A DNA stretch of 64,000 nt from a virus (lineage: Duplodnaviria; Caudoviricetes). Positions within the stretch are counted from its first letter, which is position 1, and each line of letters starts with the position of its first letter. The position numbers were made by a program, and so were the translations under genes. The stretch spans positions 1-64,000 of IMG/VR virus record IMGVR_UViG_3300035498_000530; one strand, given 5' to 3'. The notes under the pieces are model-generated. The model saw nothing but the letters and a program-made list of their open reading frames with translations, made no database searches and had not been told where the DNA came from. Shown here in pieces: positions 30,501 to 40,894 of this stretch.

Positions 30501-30631
30501 TATTACATCATTATGGTAGCACATATGATAAATTCATATATACAAGAACATGTGGAGGAAAACTCCAAGTATGTTCAGATAGTAAAATAACAGCGTCATA
30601 TTATAGATTCAAAATTAAGAGATTTATGTAA
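27509..30631 (+). CDS. Tail fibre protein
   Basis: EPVYETDTKRIKIGDGTT..LEY; LP..GT.ALTSD fibre module. Confidence 0.8.
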   Translation: MADTTNTPTSVSVRSPNEVLAKIKIRHGSSTDFTKNKVVLLDAEPVYETDTKRIKIGDGTTEYSSLEYLHNLVKTVSLSGQTLTINYEDGTSSKFTTQDNDYRVTQNYSTVNGYYPLLASAVSGVSETTSRGTTTTILNNSIYINPSSGSINSNYLNIKNEISVNDGDINVYNGNIYSLYDIYSDYGNIYTMTGDIVTGEGNIEAMEGHIHAGYYIQSEEYVQTPDIYVDKKTYTGIYGTANKFANAAFFFASVKPTSFYMGWHVKYTISATVPNQNNYNGFFEVDVYGAQTYRSVYKCFNAHANTSYRSLYNHTLYTLTETGYNAGYGHLLGIDLTGSSNPSSSSYPRTFTIKILECDNCEVTMYDSMKLYSAVTGNGTTNYNGYANFNGYDNGLQELGDDNAYDKTVIGSAKVYAGANGIYGYNLIMQDTTGSWQSFVLSSSTSSSKSKNTAAFIPSNIYYYSGSSSASSGKTVSNNTLYEVYPAINMNYSTNANSKLTQSKSVYLVGTMSDGAFYLANTWWSQTLPTSDDGYVYIYLGEATSSSAMTLMSEHPMFCFKNGSLQRYTYSSEYARKLADPAGSSTQPIYINNDGNPTGIDYTIEKSVPKDAIFTDQNVSQIYDTEANIVYPLFSNSSSDGTRGTYFNTDFMYYPGSNQIVLNNVAATECVSIGNGTDGSLMINDEDGNYSIITLADNYENMDNRLYIPDKSGNFVIGATDSDNASNAISQEKYYLQSKESSSLWLGNYNNNSNVTVVEGLHGGELNSSGFTEGWSIDTTGNATFNSQVTAEAFSGSFDPVCFTNVCPESEINFNLVVMVENDKSLRDIAYIGANNDILISNRWGSSKNEGIARLILGNRVQKGSNENSTGSIRLYGSNTGYTDIITTSSASSYTITLPAKTGTVALTSDLSSYVPLNNTTKIIASDASSYDVSMTVASDWTDTSISLTALETGTYIIQISTAFGTASSSLDSCTDIFSGVMSIVKGTQTSDSKDEIVLHHYGSTYDKFIYTRTCGGKLQVCSDSKITASYYRFKIKRFM

Positions 30632-30646
30632 TGGAGGTGTATATTT

Positions 30647-33600
30647 ATGGCGAAAATAAGATCGTTAGAAAATGGAATAAATAATCTAAGCTCTAAACTT
30701 ATAAGTCATTCTGGTATAGAGTTTGGATACGAAGGAACTTCAAAAAGTCAAAGTGATATATACATCGGAGGATTAAATAATAATACATATATACTTGGTG
30801 ATCTTATAAACAAAAGAGTTATATCAGATCAAGATAATGATCCTCCATATAGATTTAGTGATAATACTAACTGGTATTTACGTAGTGATGGCACTGGATT
30901 TATTAATGAATTAAGCACTGATAGTTTGGTAGTTAACAATAATTTTTCTTCAGACTCTGTAGATACAAAAAGCATAATAACTAATACTATTAGAGCAGAT
31001 AATAGTATGAGTGCTTATAGTATTAATGTAAGAGATGTTAATGGAACTGGTATAACTATAGGTACCAATTCTGATGAAGATAAAATATTAGAGTTATCTA
31101 ATAAATCAATACTTTTTTATAGTAAACAAATGGGAATGTGGATTAGTGATGGAGATAAGTTATATATTGGAAAAGATACTAGTAATTGTACTGCATATAT
31201 TCATTTAGATGATAGTAATAGTAATATGAGTATATATGCAGAAAATAGTATAGATATGTATGGTGAGAGTTCCATTAAGATTTCTTCAGCAGGCGACACA
31301 AATATTGATTCAGGAAGTAAATTAAAATTAAAAATAAATAGTGATAATAAAGTAGAATTAAGTAGTAATCAAACCAAAATAAGACATAGTAGTGGATACA
31401 ATATAACTATCACTAATGATTCCTCTCTTGGTAATATAATTAAGGCCGCTGGCAATAATCATACAGCAATCTTGCTTGATAGTGATGGATGGACAACTCC
31501 TTATATGCTTCATTTTAATTATACTAATGCAAGCAACGGGTGGCAACAAATTATTGACTTTAACGACACTATGACATTTGGATTTTTCTTTAGGCAATAT
31601 GATAGTACTTATGAACTTCAATTAACAAATGATGATAGAAATACTGTATTATACTTAGATAAATTACAAACTTCAGGAAGAATATATGCTAAAAATGGAA
31701 TCGAGTTAGGATCTAAAGCATCTCAGGCAGGAGAACTCTACTTCTATAATTCTGGTTCTTCTAATACTGGTTATATTAAGGTAGTCGGTGCTGTTTCGGG
31801 TTCAACAACATCAACAGTTACTATACCTCAGGTGAATGCCACATTAGCTACATATCAAAGGACATCATATTCTCCAAAATGGCTTAATGTAAATAATGAG
31901 CTTACATTTGGAGCTTCTGGTTTTCAATATTTTAGTCTTAATGGTACAGCTCAGACTGGAACTACCGGTACTGCAAGTACTGATGATGCTAAGACTAATA
32001 ATACTCCAACATCAGCATGGTATCATATATTAAGAATGAATTATTCTGGTAGTACTGGTTATTTTGGTGATTTAGCTTTGTCTATTAATGATTCTGGTGG
32101 TTTATACTGGCGTAGAGTTACTAATGGATCTAGTTTTGGTTGGGTCAGGACATTAGATCAAAATGGTGGTACATTATTTGATGGGAAATACTTAAAAAGG
32201 ACTGGTAAATCAGCAAGTTGGTATAATGGTAGAGATAGTGCTATGATTATACAATCATCTATTGATTCATATAGCCCAATGCTATCAGCAAAAACAAGTA
32301 ATGGTTCTTGGGAATTTGGTCCTTATACTAATAATTCAATGTGGTTGAGTTATATTACTGATACTAACTATTCTGCAAAGACTAATACCCAAACTGCAAA
32401 ATATTCATTTGGAGCTGATGGAAATCTTACTGCGGCTAAGTTTACTGGTGCTTTGGCTGGTAATGCTTCTACTGCGACTAAATTAGCTGCAGCTAGAACA
32501 ATTACATTGAGTAATGACTTGGATGGCTCTGTATCATTTGATGGTAGCGGTAATGTTACTCTTAATGCTTCTATATATTCTTGTACTGCTGCTGTTAATA
32601 ATACTAATAATTATCCATATCATAGAATAGCTAAATTAGATACTATTACTGCTAGCTATGCAGATAGATGCGCATTATTATATATAACTGCAGATTATGA
32701 TGGTGGTATATTCGGTATTATAAAAATAGCATTAAGAACAAATAATTCTAGTTCAGTTAGCTCAGCTACAGCTAGATGGCTGGTAAGATCTTCTAACATG
32801 GCTGTAGATGCTATTCAAATTGGTATATATAATGTATATGGTTCTACATATGCAGATGTATTCTATAAATCTGCTAATGCTTATGCATCAATATCAGTAA
32901 GAGCCCTCGAAGGACAAAGAGCATCTATAACAAGAACTTGGACTTTGGTAAATTCTACAGAAGTTAATAATACTACTTCATCAGATAAGCTTACTAGTAC
33001 CGAAGTATATGCTAGTATTGCTTCTGCTGGTACAGAATTACATAGTCAAGCATATTCTTCAATTAATACTGCTTCAGACTGTGGTACTGTAGGAAGTATT
33101 TCTGTTCCAAGTGGATCTTCAGACAAAATACTTACAAGTACAGGTTCTGCTAGTGAATGGAGAAATACAGCTAAACTAGTATCAGTTACTACAAAAGACT
33201 TGTATGGCAATGAAGGATTAAACTTGCATGCTTCTAATATGCAATTTGAAATTGGTAGTAATTCTAATTCATATATCAAGGTTCCTGAGAATGTAAGTGG
33301 TCAATTTGTGGTTGGTGCAATAGATGGAAAATTCTGTGGGGTTGGTATTGATCAATCCACATATGGTTCTCAAACATTAACATCTTATGATGATGATAAT
33401 GATAATGATATGCAAGATGCTACACTTTGGTTGGGAGATCCTGATAATTCAGCTTATGTTGTATTTGTAGAAGATGTTTTGGGTGGAGAAATAGATACAA
33501 GTCCTAATGATGAATCTGGTAGTGGTGTATTTGATAAATATTGGTCCATAAGTAATAATGGTAGTGCGAGATTCCGTAATAATACTATAAGTACTCTTAA

Positions 33601-34885
33601 GACATATAATATTCCAATTATAGATAATGGTAATGGAACTATGTCTAATGTAAACTCATATTATAAACCAGATTATCAATATACAGATCCAACATTTCGA
33701 CTTATAACAACTAGCACAGATACTATACTTTCAATTGGAGATTCTTATAGTAGCTCAATGAATAATAGTAGTGCCACAGGAAAATTAAGATTATATGGAT
33801 CTTATACAGGATATACAGATATACAAACGAAAGCATATGGGTCAAATAATACATTATCTTTACCATCAAGCACAGGTACATTAGCTATAACATCAGATAT
33901 ACCTGGGGTAAATGGCAAAGATGCAGGAAAAACTTCTACAATATATGCACCGACAACTTACGGAAGTAATGGATATGTTTTAATATCTAATGGAATGGAT
34001 AAAGCTCCAACTTGGACTAGTATGGTTCATATTACTGGAGATGAATTATATTTGGATAGTGGAAGTAGTGGAGGAAATAGTTATCTTCATGGATTTAATA
34101 ATGTAACTATAAGCACATTTACATATGATGTAATTCTAAAAGCAAATAGACATATAAGTCTCACATCTTTAACTGGATCAATAGATATAAATTCAGCAGG
34201 TTCTGTTAAGATAGCTTGTGAAGATGTTATTGATATTGATGCTGCTAGTACAATTACTATAGATTCAACAGGTGGTACTATTAATATAGATTCTACAGAA
34301 AGTAATGTATCTATTACTGCAGCTTCTGGTATTTCTTTAAATAACTCCGATGGTCAATTATCATTGCTCTCACAAGGTATTGCTGGTTGCATAGACATTA
34401 GATCAGCATATAATACAATATTATACTCTTCACATGGATCTATCAATTTAACAACTGTAGAAAATGGCATATATATAAATAGTGGTGATGACTTTACTTT
34501 AGATACTACTAATGATATGACTTTTTCATCTACTGGAAATATAATATTGGCAGCAGATTATGATTCAGTTAAATTAGAATCTGGTAAAGCTTCGGTATCA
34601 TGTGTTAATGCTAATTCCGGTGTTAATTTATATGGTACAGAAATAAATATTACTGGATCAGGAGGATTTGTAAACATAAATTCTGATAATGATATAACGA
34701 TTAAATCTAATGATGGAGGAGTTATTATATCATCAGAAAATGATATTGACATAAACTCAGTTGGAGTTACAAATATTAAAAGTCCATGTAATTATGATAC
34801 TTATTGTACTATACCATCATATATGATAACTAAAACTAAACCAACATCAGCGTATATTGATACTATGTATCTTATAGTAGAATAA
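30647..34885 (+). CDS. Long tail fibre protein
   Basis: GNASTATKLAAARTI...GSVSFDGSGNVTL; C-terminal beta-repeat region. Confidence 0.82.
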   Translation: MAKIRSLENGINNLSSKLISHSGIEFGYEGTSKSQSDIYIGGLNNNTYILGDLINKRVISDQDNDPPYRFSDNTNWYLRSDGTGFINELSTDSLVVNNNFSSDSVDTKSIITNTIRADNSMSAYSINVRDVNGTGITIGTNSDEDKILELSNKSILFYSKQMGMWISDGDKLYIGKDTSNCTAYIHLDDSNSNMSIYAENSIDMYGESSIKISSAGDTNIDSGSKLKLKINSDNKVELSSNQTKIRHSSGYNITITNDSSLGNIIKAAGNNHTAILLDSDGWTTPYMLHFNYTNASNGWQQIIDFNDTMTFGFFFRQYDSTYELQLTNDDRNTVLYLDKLQTSGRIYAKNGIELGSKASQAGELYFYNSGSSNTGYIKVVGAVSGSTTSTVTIPQVNATLATYQRTSYSPKWLNVNNELTFGASGFQYFSLNGTAQTGTTGTASTDDAKTNNTPTSAWYHILRMNYSGSTGYFGDLALSINDSGGLYWRRVTNGSSFGWVRTLDQNGGTLFDGKYLKRTGKSASWYNGRDSAMIIQSSIDSYSPMLSAKTSNGSWEFGPYTNNSMWLSYITDTNYSAKTNTQTAKYSFGADGNLTAAKFTGALAGNASTATKLAAARTITLSNDLDGSVSFDGSGNVTLNASIYSCTAAVNNTNNYPYHRIAKLDTITASYADRCALLYITADYDGGIFGIIKIALRTNNSSSVSSATARWLVRSSNMAVDAIQIGIYNVYGSTYADVFYKSANAYASISVRALEGQRASITRTWTLVNSTEVNNTTSSDKLTSTEVYASIASAGTELHSQAYSSINTASDCGTVGSISVPSGSSDKILTSTGSASEWRNTAKLVSVTTKDLYGNEGLNLHASNMQFEIGSNSNSYIKVPENVSGQFVVGAIDGKFCGVGIDQSTYGSQTLTSYDDDNDNDMQDATLWLGDPDNSAYVVFVEDVLGGEIDTSPNDESGSGVFDKYWSISNNGSARFRNNTISTLKTYNIPIIDNGNGTMSNVNSYYKPDYQYTDPTFRLITTSTDTILSIGDSYSSSMNNSSATGKLRLYGSYTGYTDIQTKAYGSNNTLSLPSSTGTLAITSDIPGVNGKDAGKTSTIYAPTTYGSNGYVLISNGMDKAPTWTSMVHITGDELYLDSGSSGGNSYLHGFNNVTISTFTYDVILKANRHISLTSLTGSIDINSAGSVKIACEDVIDIDAASTITIDSTGGTINIDSTESNVSITAASGISLNNSDGQLSLLSQGIAGCIDIRSAYNTILYSSHGSINLTTVENGIYINSGDDFTLDTTNDMTFSSTGNIILAADYDSVKLESGKASVSCVNANSGVNLYGTEINITGSGGFVNINSDNDITIKSNDGGVIISSENDIDINSVGVTNIKSPCNYDTYCTIPSYMITKTKPTSAYIDTMYLIVE

Positions 34886-34897
34886 AGGAGTGATAAT

Positions 34898-35512
34898 ATG
34901 CCTGAATATATTAAAGTAGGATCTGAAATTAAAGAAGTTAAACTTATATATATAAAAGATTCTGGAATTATAAAATCAGTAAAAGAAAAATATGTAAAAG
35001 TTTCAGGAGTTACACAAAAAGTATTTTCTACAAATACAAATACTCAATGGACTTGTACAAAGGTAACTGGTAATGTGGACGGATTGACAGCTGGTACTAC
35101 TTATGAATATATTATAAATTCGCAACCATATAGTAGTAATAATGTATCAGATTTAACAACAATAGACTTAAAATCAAATATCACAGTTTCCCCAGGAGAC
35201 GTATTAAGTTTAAATTTTGATCCAAATTTTCATTATGCTATTGATGAAGATGGAGATCCTGATGCTTCAGTAACTTTTGATTTTTATACATATATTAATA
35301 ATAGTAATTGGATAGATGATACATATGAAATAGATAAAGATAATTGGAGTTCTGTAACTGGTTCTTATACGTATAAAGGTACAACTTCAGGAACTTTAAG
35401 TATAAAGATTACTCTTGGACCTGGTGCAGATTCTAGTGATACTAGTAGCGGAATTAATTTAGATTATTTTTATTTATATCTAAATAATAAAGCAATATTA
35501 ATATTACGATAG
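34898..35512 (+). CDS. Fibre tip/adhesin-like protein
   Basis: N-terminal YIKVG..IKEVK..YIK..G..K.V motif typical of fibre-tip adaptors. Confidence 0.6.
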   Translation: MPEYIKVGSEIKEVKLIYIKDSGIIKSVKEKYVKVSGVTQKVFSTNTNTQWTCTKVTGNVDGLTAGTTYEYIINSQPYSSNNVSDLTTIDLKSNITVSPGDVLSLNFDPNFHYAIDEDGDPDASVTFDFYTYINNSNWIDDTYEIDKDNWSSVTGSYTYKGTTSGTLSIKITLGPGADSSDTSSGINLDYFYLYLNNKAILILR

Positions 35513-35535
35513 AACATAAACAGGAGGAATGCAAA

Positions 35536-36006
35536 ATGTCAGTTAAATTATTATTAAACAATTCTGATAAAGAATTAGATTTGGTATCAGTATATGGAGA
35601 AACAAGATATAATGACGATGGTAGTACGTCTCCATTATTAAAATTCTTATTTAACCCTGATGAATTCAGTATGTCAGAATTGTATACTTTGTTTTCTAAT
35701 AAAGAATCTTTAGAATCTTTTGATATTATAGATATAAATATAAAAAGAGATGTAGATTTTGAAGGAAATGAAAAACTTACTGAGGAAAGGACTCCTTATA
35801 GATATACTAATTATTCTGAATTGGTGTCTGTATCTTTTAATAGTCATATTACAGCAAAAGCTACAGATATAACTCCTCAAATGGAAGAAAAATCTATAGA
35901 AGTAGTCCTTGCTCAATTATCATATATAGATGTATTATTAAAAGAACGTGAAGAACTTATAGATGCACAAGCTGAAGCTATGGCTGAAATTCTTTGCGGT
36001 GAATAA
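35536..36006 (+). CDS. Putative tail-fibre chaperone, paralogue 1
   Basis: Similar to 36053-36481. Confidence 0.6.
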   Translation: MSVKLLLNNSDKELDLVSVYGETRYNDDGSTSPLLKFLFNPDEFSMSELYTLFSNKESLESFDIIDINIKRDVDFEGNEKLTEERTPYRYTNYSELVSVSFNSHITAKATDITPQMEEKSIEVVLAQLSYIDVLLKEREELIDAQAEAMAEILCGE

Positions 36007-36052
36007 TACTATTCTAACAATATAATAAAAAAATTTAAAGGAGGCTAATAAA

Positions 36053-36481
36053 ATGGCTAGTAAAATTATCCTTACAGATGGTACTACATTTGAATGCAAG
36101 ACAGCTATGGGCTTGAAGTCTTTCATTAGTGGTATCAATAGAGAGAGTATAACATTTAACTTTGATGCTGATAAATATGATCTTAATGAAATCTATGCAG
36201 CATTTAGTGATTCAACAAAGACTTCTGAAATTATTATTGAGGAAGGCGAAGATGAGAACGCTACACAGTATCATCACTACGATTTCACTATTCTTGCATC
36301 TGTTACAGTTAAGGAGCAGACTATTTCTAAAGAAACAAATGATAGTCCTGCTGTTACAGATAAGGTAATCACTGCTACACTTGGTCAGAGAACATACTCT
36401 GAGAAGCAGATTGATTCTAAGAATGAAGAAATTGATGCTATTGCTGAAGTACTCGCTGATCTTATAGGAGGTGCAGAATAA
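36053..36481 (+). CDS. Putative tail-fibre chaperone, paralogue 2
   Basis: C-terminal coiled coil ending LADLIGGAE; late promoter at 36016. Confidence 0.65.
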   Translation: MASKIILTDGTTFECKTAMGLKSFISGINRESITFNFDADKYDLNEIYAAFSDSTKTSEIIIEEGEDENATQYHHYDFTILASVTVKEQTISKETNDSPAVTDKVITATLGQRTYSEKQIDSKNEEIDAIAEVLADLIGGAE

Positions 36482-36630
36482 TGACAAACGCACAGCTTAA
36501 AATTATCATCTACGCAGTAAAGTCAAGAATTAAGCGTGGTGAGGATATTACTGAAATTATTGCTTCTTATCCAAAACTTTCAGAAGAGGAAATTACTAAG
36601 GTTAAAGAGGCTGTAGGTATTACAGAGTAA
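36481..36630 (+). CDS. 49-aa XkdX-like small protein (not in the ORF track)
   Basis: MTNAQLKIIIYAVKSRIKRGEDITEIIASYPKLSEEEITKVKEAVGITE; TAATG coupling; GGAGG RBS. Confidence 0.8.
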   Translation: MTNAQLKIIIYAVKSRIKRGEDITEIIASYPKLSEEEITKVKEAVGITE

Positions 36631-36638
36631 TACATATC

Positions 36639-36668
36639 AAGAGAAGAGGGTTAATATCCTCTTCTCTT
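36639..36668 (+). terminator. Terminator
   Basis: AAGAGAAGAGG/CCTCTTCTCTT stem plus T-tract. Confidence 0.85.
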
Positions 36669-36717
36669 TATTTTGTTTAACATAGTAATAATAGACTAAT
36701 TTAAGGAGGTATACTAA

Positions 36718-38799
36718 ATGCTGAAGGTAGATTATGTCGATATACCTAAGAGATGGAGTGATGATAAAGACATATCTGAGTTTTATCCTTGTGGTGGCGA
36801 TGCGTACTTAAGCGAATTATCTAAGGAAGAAGTACGTATATTCAGAACCAAAGAAGATAAGAAATATTTAGATATGTGGGTATCTGAATCTGAAGGTGAA
36901 AATATCGCAGAAAATAGAGTAAGAATACTTCTTAATGGATTATGTATTGTTGATACAGTAGAAGATCTTATAGACTACAAATTCAAATCTATTAATTATA
37001 TCTACTTAGTAAAGAAACTTACTAGTGAATCTTTAATAGAGAATGTTCTATATAAGTTCTATGGATGTTCTGATAATGATACACTTGTATATACTGATAT
37101 GGAAGAAGATCCATACATATATAGAGGAAAAAATAAAGAAGATAAGATATTTGATTACTATAAAACCAAGGCTGAACTTATAAGCAGCATTGGTCAGCTT
37201 AAATCAATGGTTCCAGTATTCCTTCGTCAGACAACAAAAGAATCTGTTGTGGATTCTAGCACTGGTGAAGTAACTGGTTATCAGTTAAGAAATCAAACAA
37301 TAGCGCCATATACAATGGGTAGCTATGTATTTTTATCTAATGGTGATACTGTAGAAGAGGTTTGTTCTCAGATAAGTAAATTCCACAAGAGAAATACAAT
37401 TGTAACAGTAAATTCAGACTTAGTAACATTAAAGACTTATACTGACTGGAATGAACATACTACAGTTGGTACTTTGATAGTTCCATTTACTGTTCCAGTA
37501 GATAACTTTTTTGAATATACATCTAATAGTACATCAAGTACAGATGAGATAGAGTCTGATTATATGGATGTATATATTGGTTCTACTTATATATCTCAAG
37601 ATAGATATAAGATAAGAAAGAACTTTACATACGAGGGAAAGAAATATGATTATGTATTAGATTTCAGAGATGCATCAGATATAACAGATGACTATAATTC
37701 TGGTATAACTACTGATGGTTATTATGATAAATCAGATGCAGATCATACAAACGTATATAAATACGTTATTGAGGAAAATAGAAGTGTATATATTACATTT
37801 TACTATAACTCATATCCAGAAGTTGATTCTCCTATAATGAGATTGATTGATGGTCATGATATAATAAAAGAATCTATCCCTGTAGATAGATTAGAAGATG
37901 TATCAACAACATCAAAATCTACTGGTGAAACAACTTTGGTTACAGCAAGTGCTTTGAGAGAACTTAAAGAAGAATTTATAGATTCTCTTGAGCGTTTCAC
38001 AGGAAATAATGTATTACATCTTGATTCTGAATCTGTTTCAGGTAAAGTATTAGATGTAGATCCATATTTCATATTTAAAGCAGTAGTTCCAACTGGTAAA
38101 GGATTAATCCTTAATAAGAGGTCTGGGTCTACTATATTCTTAAAGCTTGATAGAGCTTTAACAACTAATGCACAAGTATTATTGAGTGGTATCTATGATG
38201 ATCAGAGTATGAGTACAACTTGGGGAGATACAATGCTTTATCCAATATATACTCCTGATGATGTTAGATATAATAATTATGATGGTACTAGTGAAGATGC
38301 AGATACAACTGTAACTGACTCCGAATCATATCCAGTTTCTGGTTATGAATTCAACAAAGGAGATATAGTTCAGCTTGTATATAATGATGTAAAGACTTCT
38401 GGTGAATCAACCGAAGGAAGATTTTACGTTAATAATGGCTCTAGGTATAGATTAGTAGAGATAAATGCAACTGCTACTAGAAACTTACCTATAGTAATAG
38501 ATGAATCAGAGTATCCTTTGGATGAAACAAGTGATATTAATATATATCTTGCTTCGGATATAGGTACTAATGATAGTGTAATGAGTAATATAAGATGTCA
38601 TCCTTCAGTAGAATATAGACATGGAGTAGATACTATATCAGTCAGAAAAGATGAAGATGTAAATGCTCTTGTTGAAGGGACAGATTATACTATAGATTAT
38701 GAACATGGAATTATTAAAGTTTTAAATATCGGTAATTTAGAAACTCCAACATTCCATATTAAAGTAACATCAATACGAAGTGTAAGAGGGGTGATTTAA
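36718..38799 (+). CDS. Putative virion/tail protein
   Basis: Late promoter at 36679. Confidence 0.7.
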   Translation: MLKVDYVDIPKRWSDDKDISEFYPCGGDAYLSELSKEEVRIFRTKEDKKYLDMWVSESEGENIAENRVRILLNGLCIVDTVEDLIDYKFKSINYIYLVKKLTSESLIENVLYKFYGCSDNDTLVYTDMEEDPYIYRGKNKEDKIFDYYKTKAELISSIGQLKSMVPVFLRQTTKESVVDSSTGEVTGYQLRNQTIAPYTMGSYVFLSNGDTVEEVCSQISKFHKRNTIVTVNSDLVTLKTYTDWNEHTTVGTLIVPFTVPVDNFFEYTSNSTSSTDEIESDYMDVYIGSTYISQDRYKIRKNFTYEGKKYDYVLDFRDASDITDDYNSGITTDGYYDKSDADHTNVYKYVIEENRSVYITFYYNSYPEVDSPIMRLIDGHDIIKESIPVDRLEDVSTTSKSTGETTLVTASALRELKEEFIDSLERFTGNNVLHLDSESVSGKVLDVDPYFIFKAVVPTGKGLILNKRSGSTIFLKLDRALTTNAQVLLSGIYDDQSMSTTWGDTMLYPIYTPDDVRYNNYDGTSEDADTTVTDSESYPVSGYEFNKGDIVQLVYNDVKTSGESTEGRFYVNNGSRYRLVEINATATRNLPIVIDESEYPLDETSDINIYLASDIGTNDSVMSNIRCHPSVEYRHGVDTISVRKDEDVNALVEGTDYTIDYEHGIIKVLNIGNLETPTFHIKVTSIRSVRGVI

Positions 38800-39588
38800 T
38801 TGATCACTAGTGGACGTTTTTACAATGAAGATAAAATAACAGAAGCTGAATTATGCGATGGATTAAGAACAATAATCCATAAAGCAGATATAGCAACTAA
38901 ACGTAGTACATATACTACACTTGATCCAGTAGTTTATGGTCCAGAAAATTATTCTACAGGAAATGTATTTGAAAAATACAGCTTGAATAATTCTATTACA
39001 TTTGGATATAGACTCAACAAGGATGATATAAATACAGATATAACTAAAACATACTATAAGGTAGCTAATGAAACAGTAAGAAGTTTTTCTACATCAGATA
39101 TTAAAACTAATGTAGATATGACTAAATTTGTTACAATTAGTGGTCCTTATGATTCTGATATTGAATTAAAAGTATCTATAACAGATAATATAGTTCAATA
39201 TAAAGAAGAAACAGATTTGTGCGGTGGTATAACCAAAGAATATACTTTCCCAATACATTTCTATAATAAGGTATTTTTAACAAGTACTTCTGGTACTATT
39301 TCTAATTTGAATGATTCAACAGTTAGTTCTTTTAGTAGTACTTTAGTAGAAGACAAAGGATCTTTTAAATTAACAGTAGAACCAGCTAGTAGTACTTATA
39401 ATATAATATTATGTACTCCTACAGCATGGGGAGATCCAGATATATCAGTAGGTGGCCTTACTGGCGGATTTATAAAATTAGATTCAACTATAAAAAGATC
39501 TATAGGAAGTAATTCAGTAGAATATAATGTATATAAATCTGTAGTAGCAGGTCTTGGTAAAACAACTATATATGTTGAATATAATTAA
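38800..39588 (+). CDS. Putative virion protein
   Basis: In operon; Ig-like, beta-rich. Confidence 0.65.
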   Translation: MITSGRFYNEDKITEAELCDGLRTIIHKADIATKRSTYTTLDPVVYGPENYSTGNVFEKYSLNNSITFGYRLNKDDINTDITKTYYKVANETVRSFSTSDIKTNVDMTKFVTISGPYDSDIELKVSITDNIVQYKEETDLCGGITKEYTFPIHFYNKVFLTSTSGTISNLNDSTVSSFSSTLVEDKGSFKLTVEPASSTYNIILCTPTAWGDPDISVGGLTGGFIKLDSTIKRSIGSNSVEYNVYKSVVAGLGKTTIYVEYN

Positions 39589-39593
39589 GGAGA

Positions 39594-40064
39594 GTGATTA
39601 TATTGGCTAAAGGTATACAAGGTGGAGTTGATATAATTAATACTCTGCATCAGAAAAATGATTCTAATTTTTATATAGCTTATGCTTCTGATATATTATA
39701 TGATACTGATGGTAGAACTAAGGATACTAGTATATTAGATACAATTGATAATATCAATAAAAAATCTCCTTATTCTATTAAAGTAACTATACAGAAATCA
39801 GCTTGGTCAAATACTAACAAATACGATATAGATTTAACCAAGTATTTAACAGAAACAATACTTAGAGATTCTACAGTAATTGTTACACCATTTGACAATA
39901 GTGAGCATAATGTAGAAATAGCTAAAGCTTGTATAGAAATATATAATAAAGGAACTACATTATATTTAATTCGTAATGGACAACAAATTACGTTCGATAT
40001 GGATCTGACTATAACTGTAATCCCTGTAAATAGTAAGAATGTAATAACAACGACTACTACATAA
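39594..40064 (+). CDS. Putative virion protein (start possibly TTG at 39603)
   Basis: In operon. Confidence 0.65.
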   Translation: MIILAKGIQGGVDIINTLHQKNDSNFYIAYASDILYDTDGRTKDTSILDTIDNINKKSPYSIKVTIQKSAWSNTNKYDIDLTKYLTETILRDSTVIVTPFDNSEHNVEIAKACIEIYNKGTTLYLIRNGQQITFDMDLTITVIPVNSKNVITTTTT

Positions 40065-40083
40065 TTAAAAGAGGTGATTTACT

Positions 40084-40458
40084 TTGGATCTTATAATCGA
40101 TGTAATAGCCAAATACTGGCTGCAATTTCTTTGTTCTTTGCTATCTGCATTGTTAATAAAGAGCTTTGCAGTCATAAAGAAACAGTTGAATGATTTTAAA
40201 ACTCAACAAGATGCAATGAAGAATAGTGTTATAGGGCTTATCAAAGAGAGAATCAGTAGAGCACATACCTACTGGACTCAGAAAGGATATTGCCCAATAA
40301 CAGCTCTTGAATCTATTGAACTCGTTTATAATCAGCTTAAGGAACTTGAAGATAGTGAAACATATGATAATCTCATTAGAGAATTAAGAAATATGAAGCA
40401 TTATGAATCGACAAGACCACATGAGGAGGATGATTTAGATGGGTATTATAGTCAATAG
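40084..40458 (+). CDS. Holin-like membrane protein (N-terminal TM plus coiled coil)
   Basis: YWLQFLCSLLSALL; KGYCP..LESIE..Y pattern of Firmicute phage lysis genes. Confidence 0.65.
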   Translation: MDLIIDVIAKYWLQFLCSLLSALLIKSFAVIKKQLNDFKTQQDAMKNSVIGLIKERISRAHTYWTQKGYCPITALESIELVYNQLKELEDSETYDNLIRELRNMKHYESTRPHEEDDLDGYYSQ

Positions 40459-40879
40459 AGAACCTAAGTTGTCTCCAGAACAGAGACAGCATATGCAGAA
40501 AAAACAGAAAGATTTTAAGAAACTTGAAAGGAAAGATCCTCAACATAATATTAAACAAAAGGCTGTTAAACAACCTCAGGTTGTGGTTCAGAATCAAGTT
40601 TCACAAACAAAAAAGAAATTTGAGTTTTCTAAAATACTTGCAGTTAATCTTATAGCATCATACTATGTAGGTGTAATTATAGGAGTAATTTCAGTTATTG
40701 TAGATAGTTCAAATATAAATTCACTACTTACATACATAGGGGGAGTGGTAGGTGTAGGACTGTCATTCTTTTTATGGAAGGCTAAAGCCGAAAATGTAGT
40801 GAAAATAAAGAAAGATTCTGGTATGGATATAACCCAAATACCAGAAGATCAAAATTTTAGTAATATTCAAGAGTTTTAA
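40439..40879 (+). CDS. Two-TM holin-like protein
   Basis: FEFSKIL..two TM segments..FFLWKAKAEN. Confidence 0.65.
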   Translation: MGIIVNREPKLSPEQRQHMQKKQKDFKKLERKDPQHNIKQKAVKQPQVVVQNQVSQTKKKFEFSKILAVNLIASYYVGVIIGVISVIVDSSNINSLLTYIGGVVGVGLSFFLWKAKAENVVKIKKDSGMDITQIPEDQNFSNIQEF

Positions 40880-40894
40880 AGGAGGATTGATACT

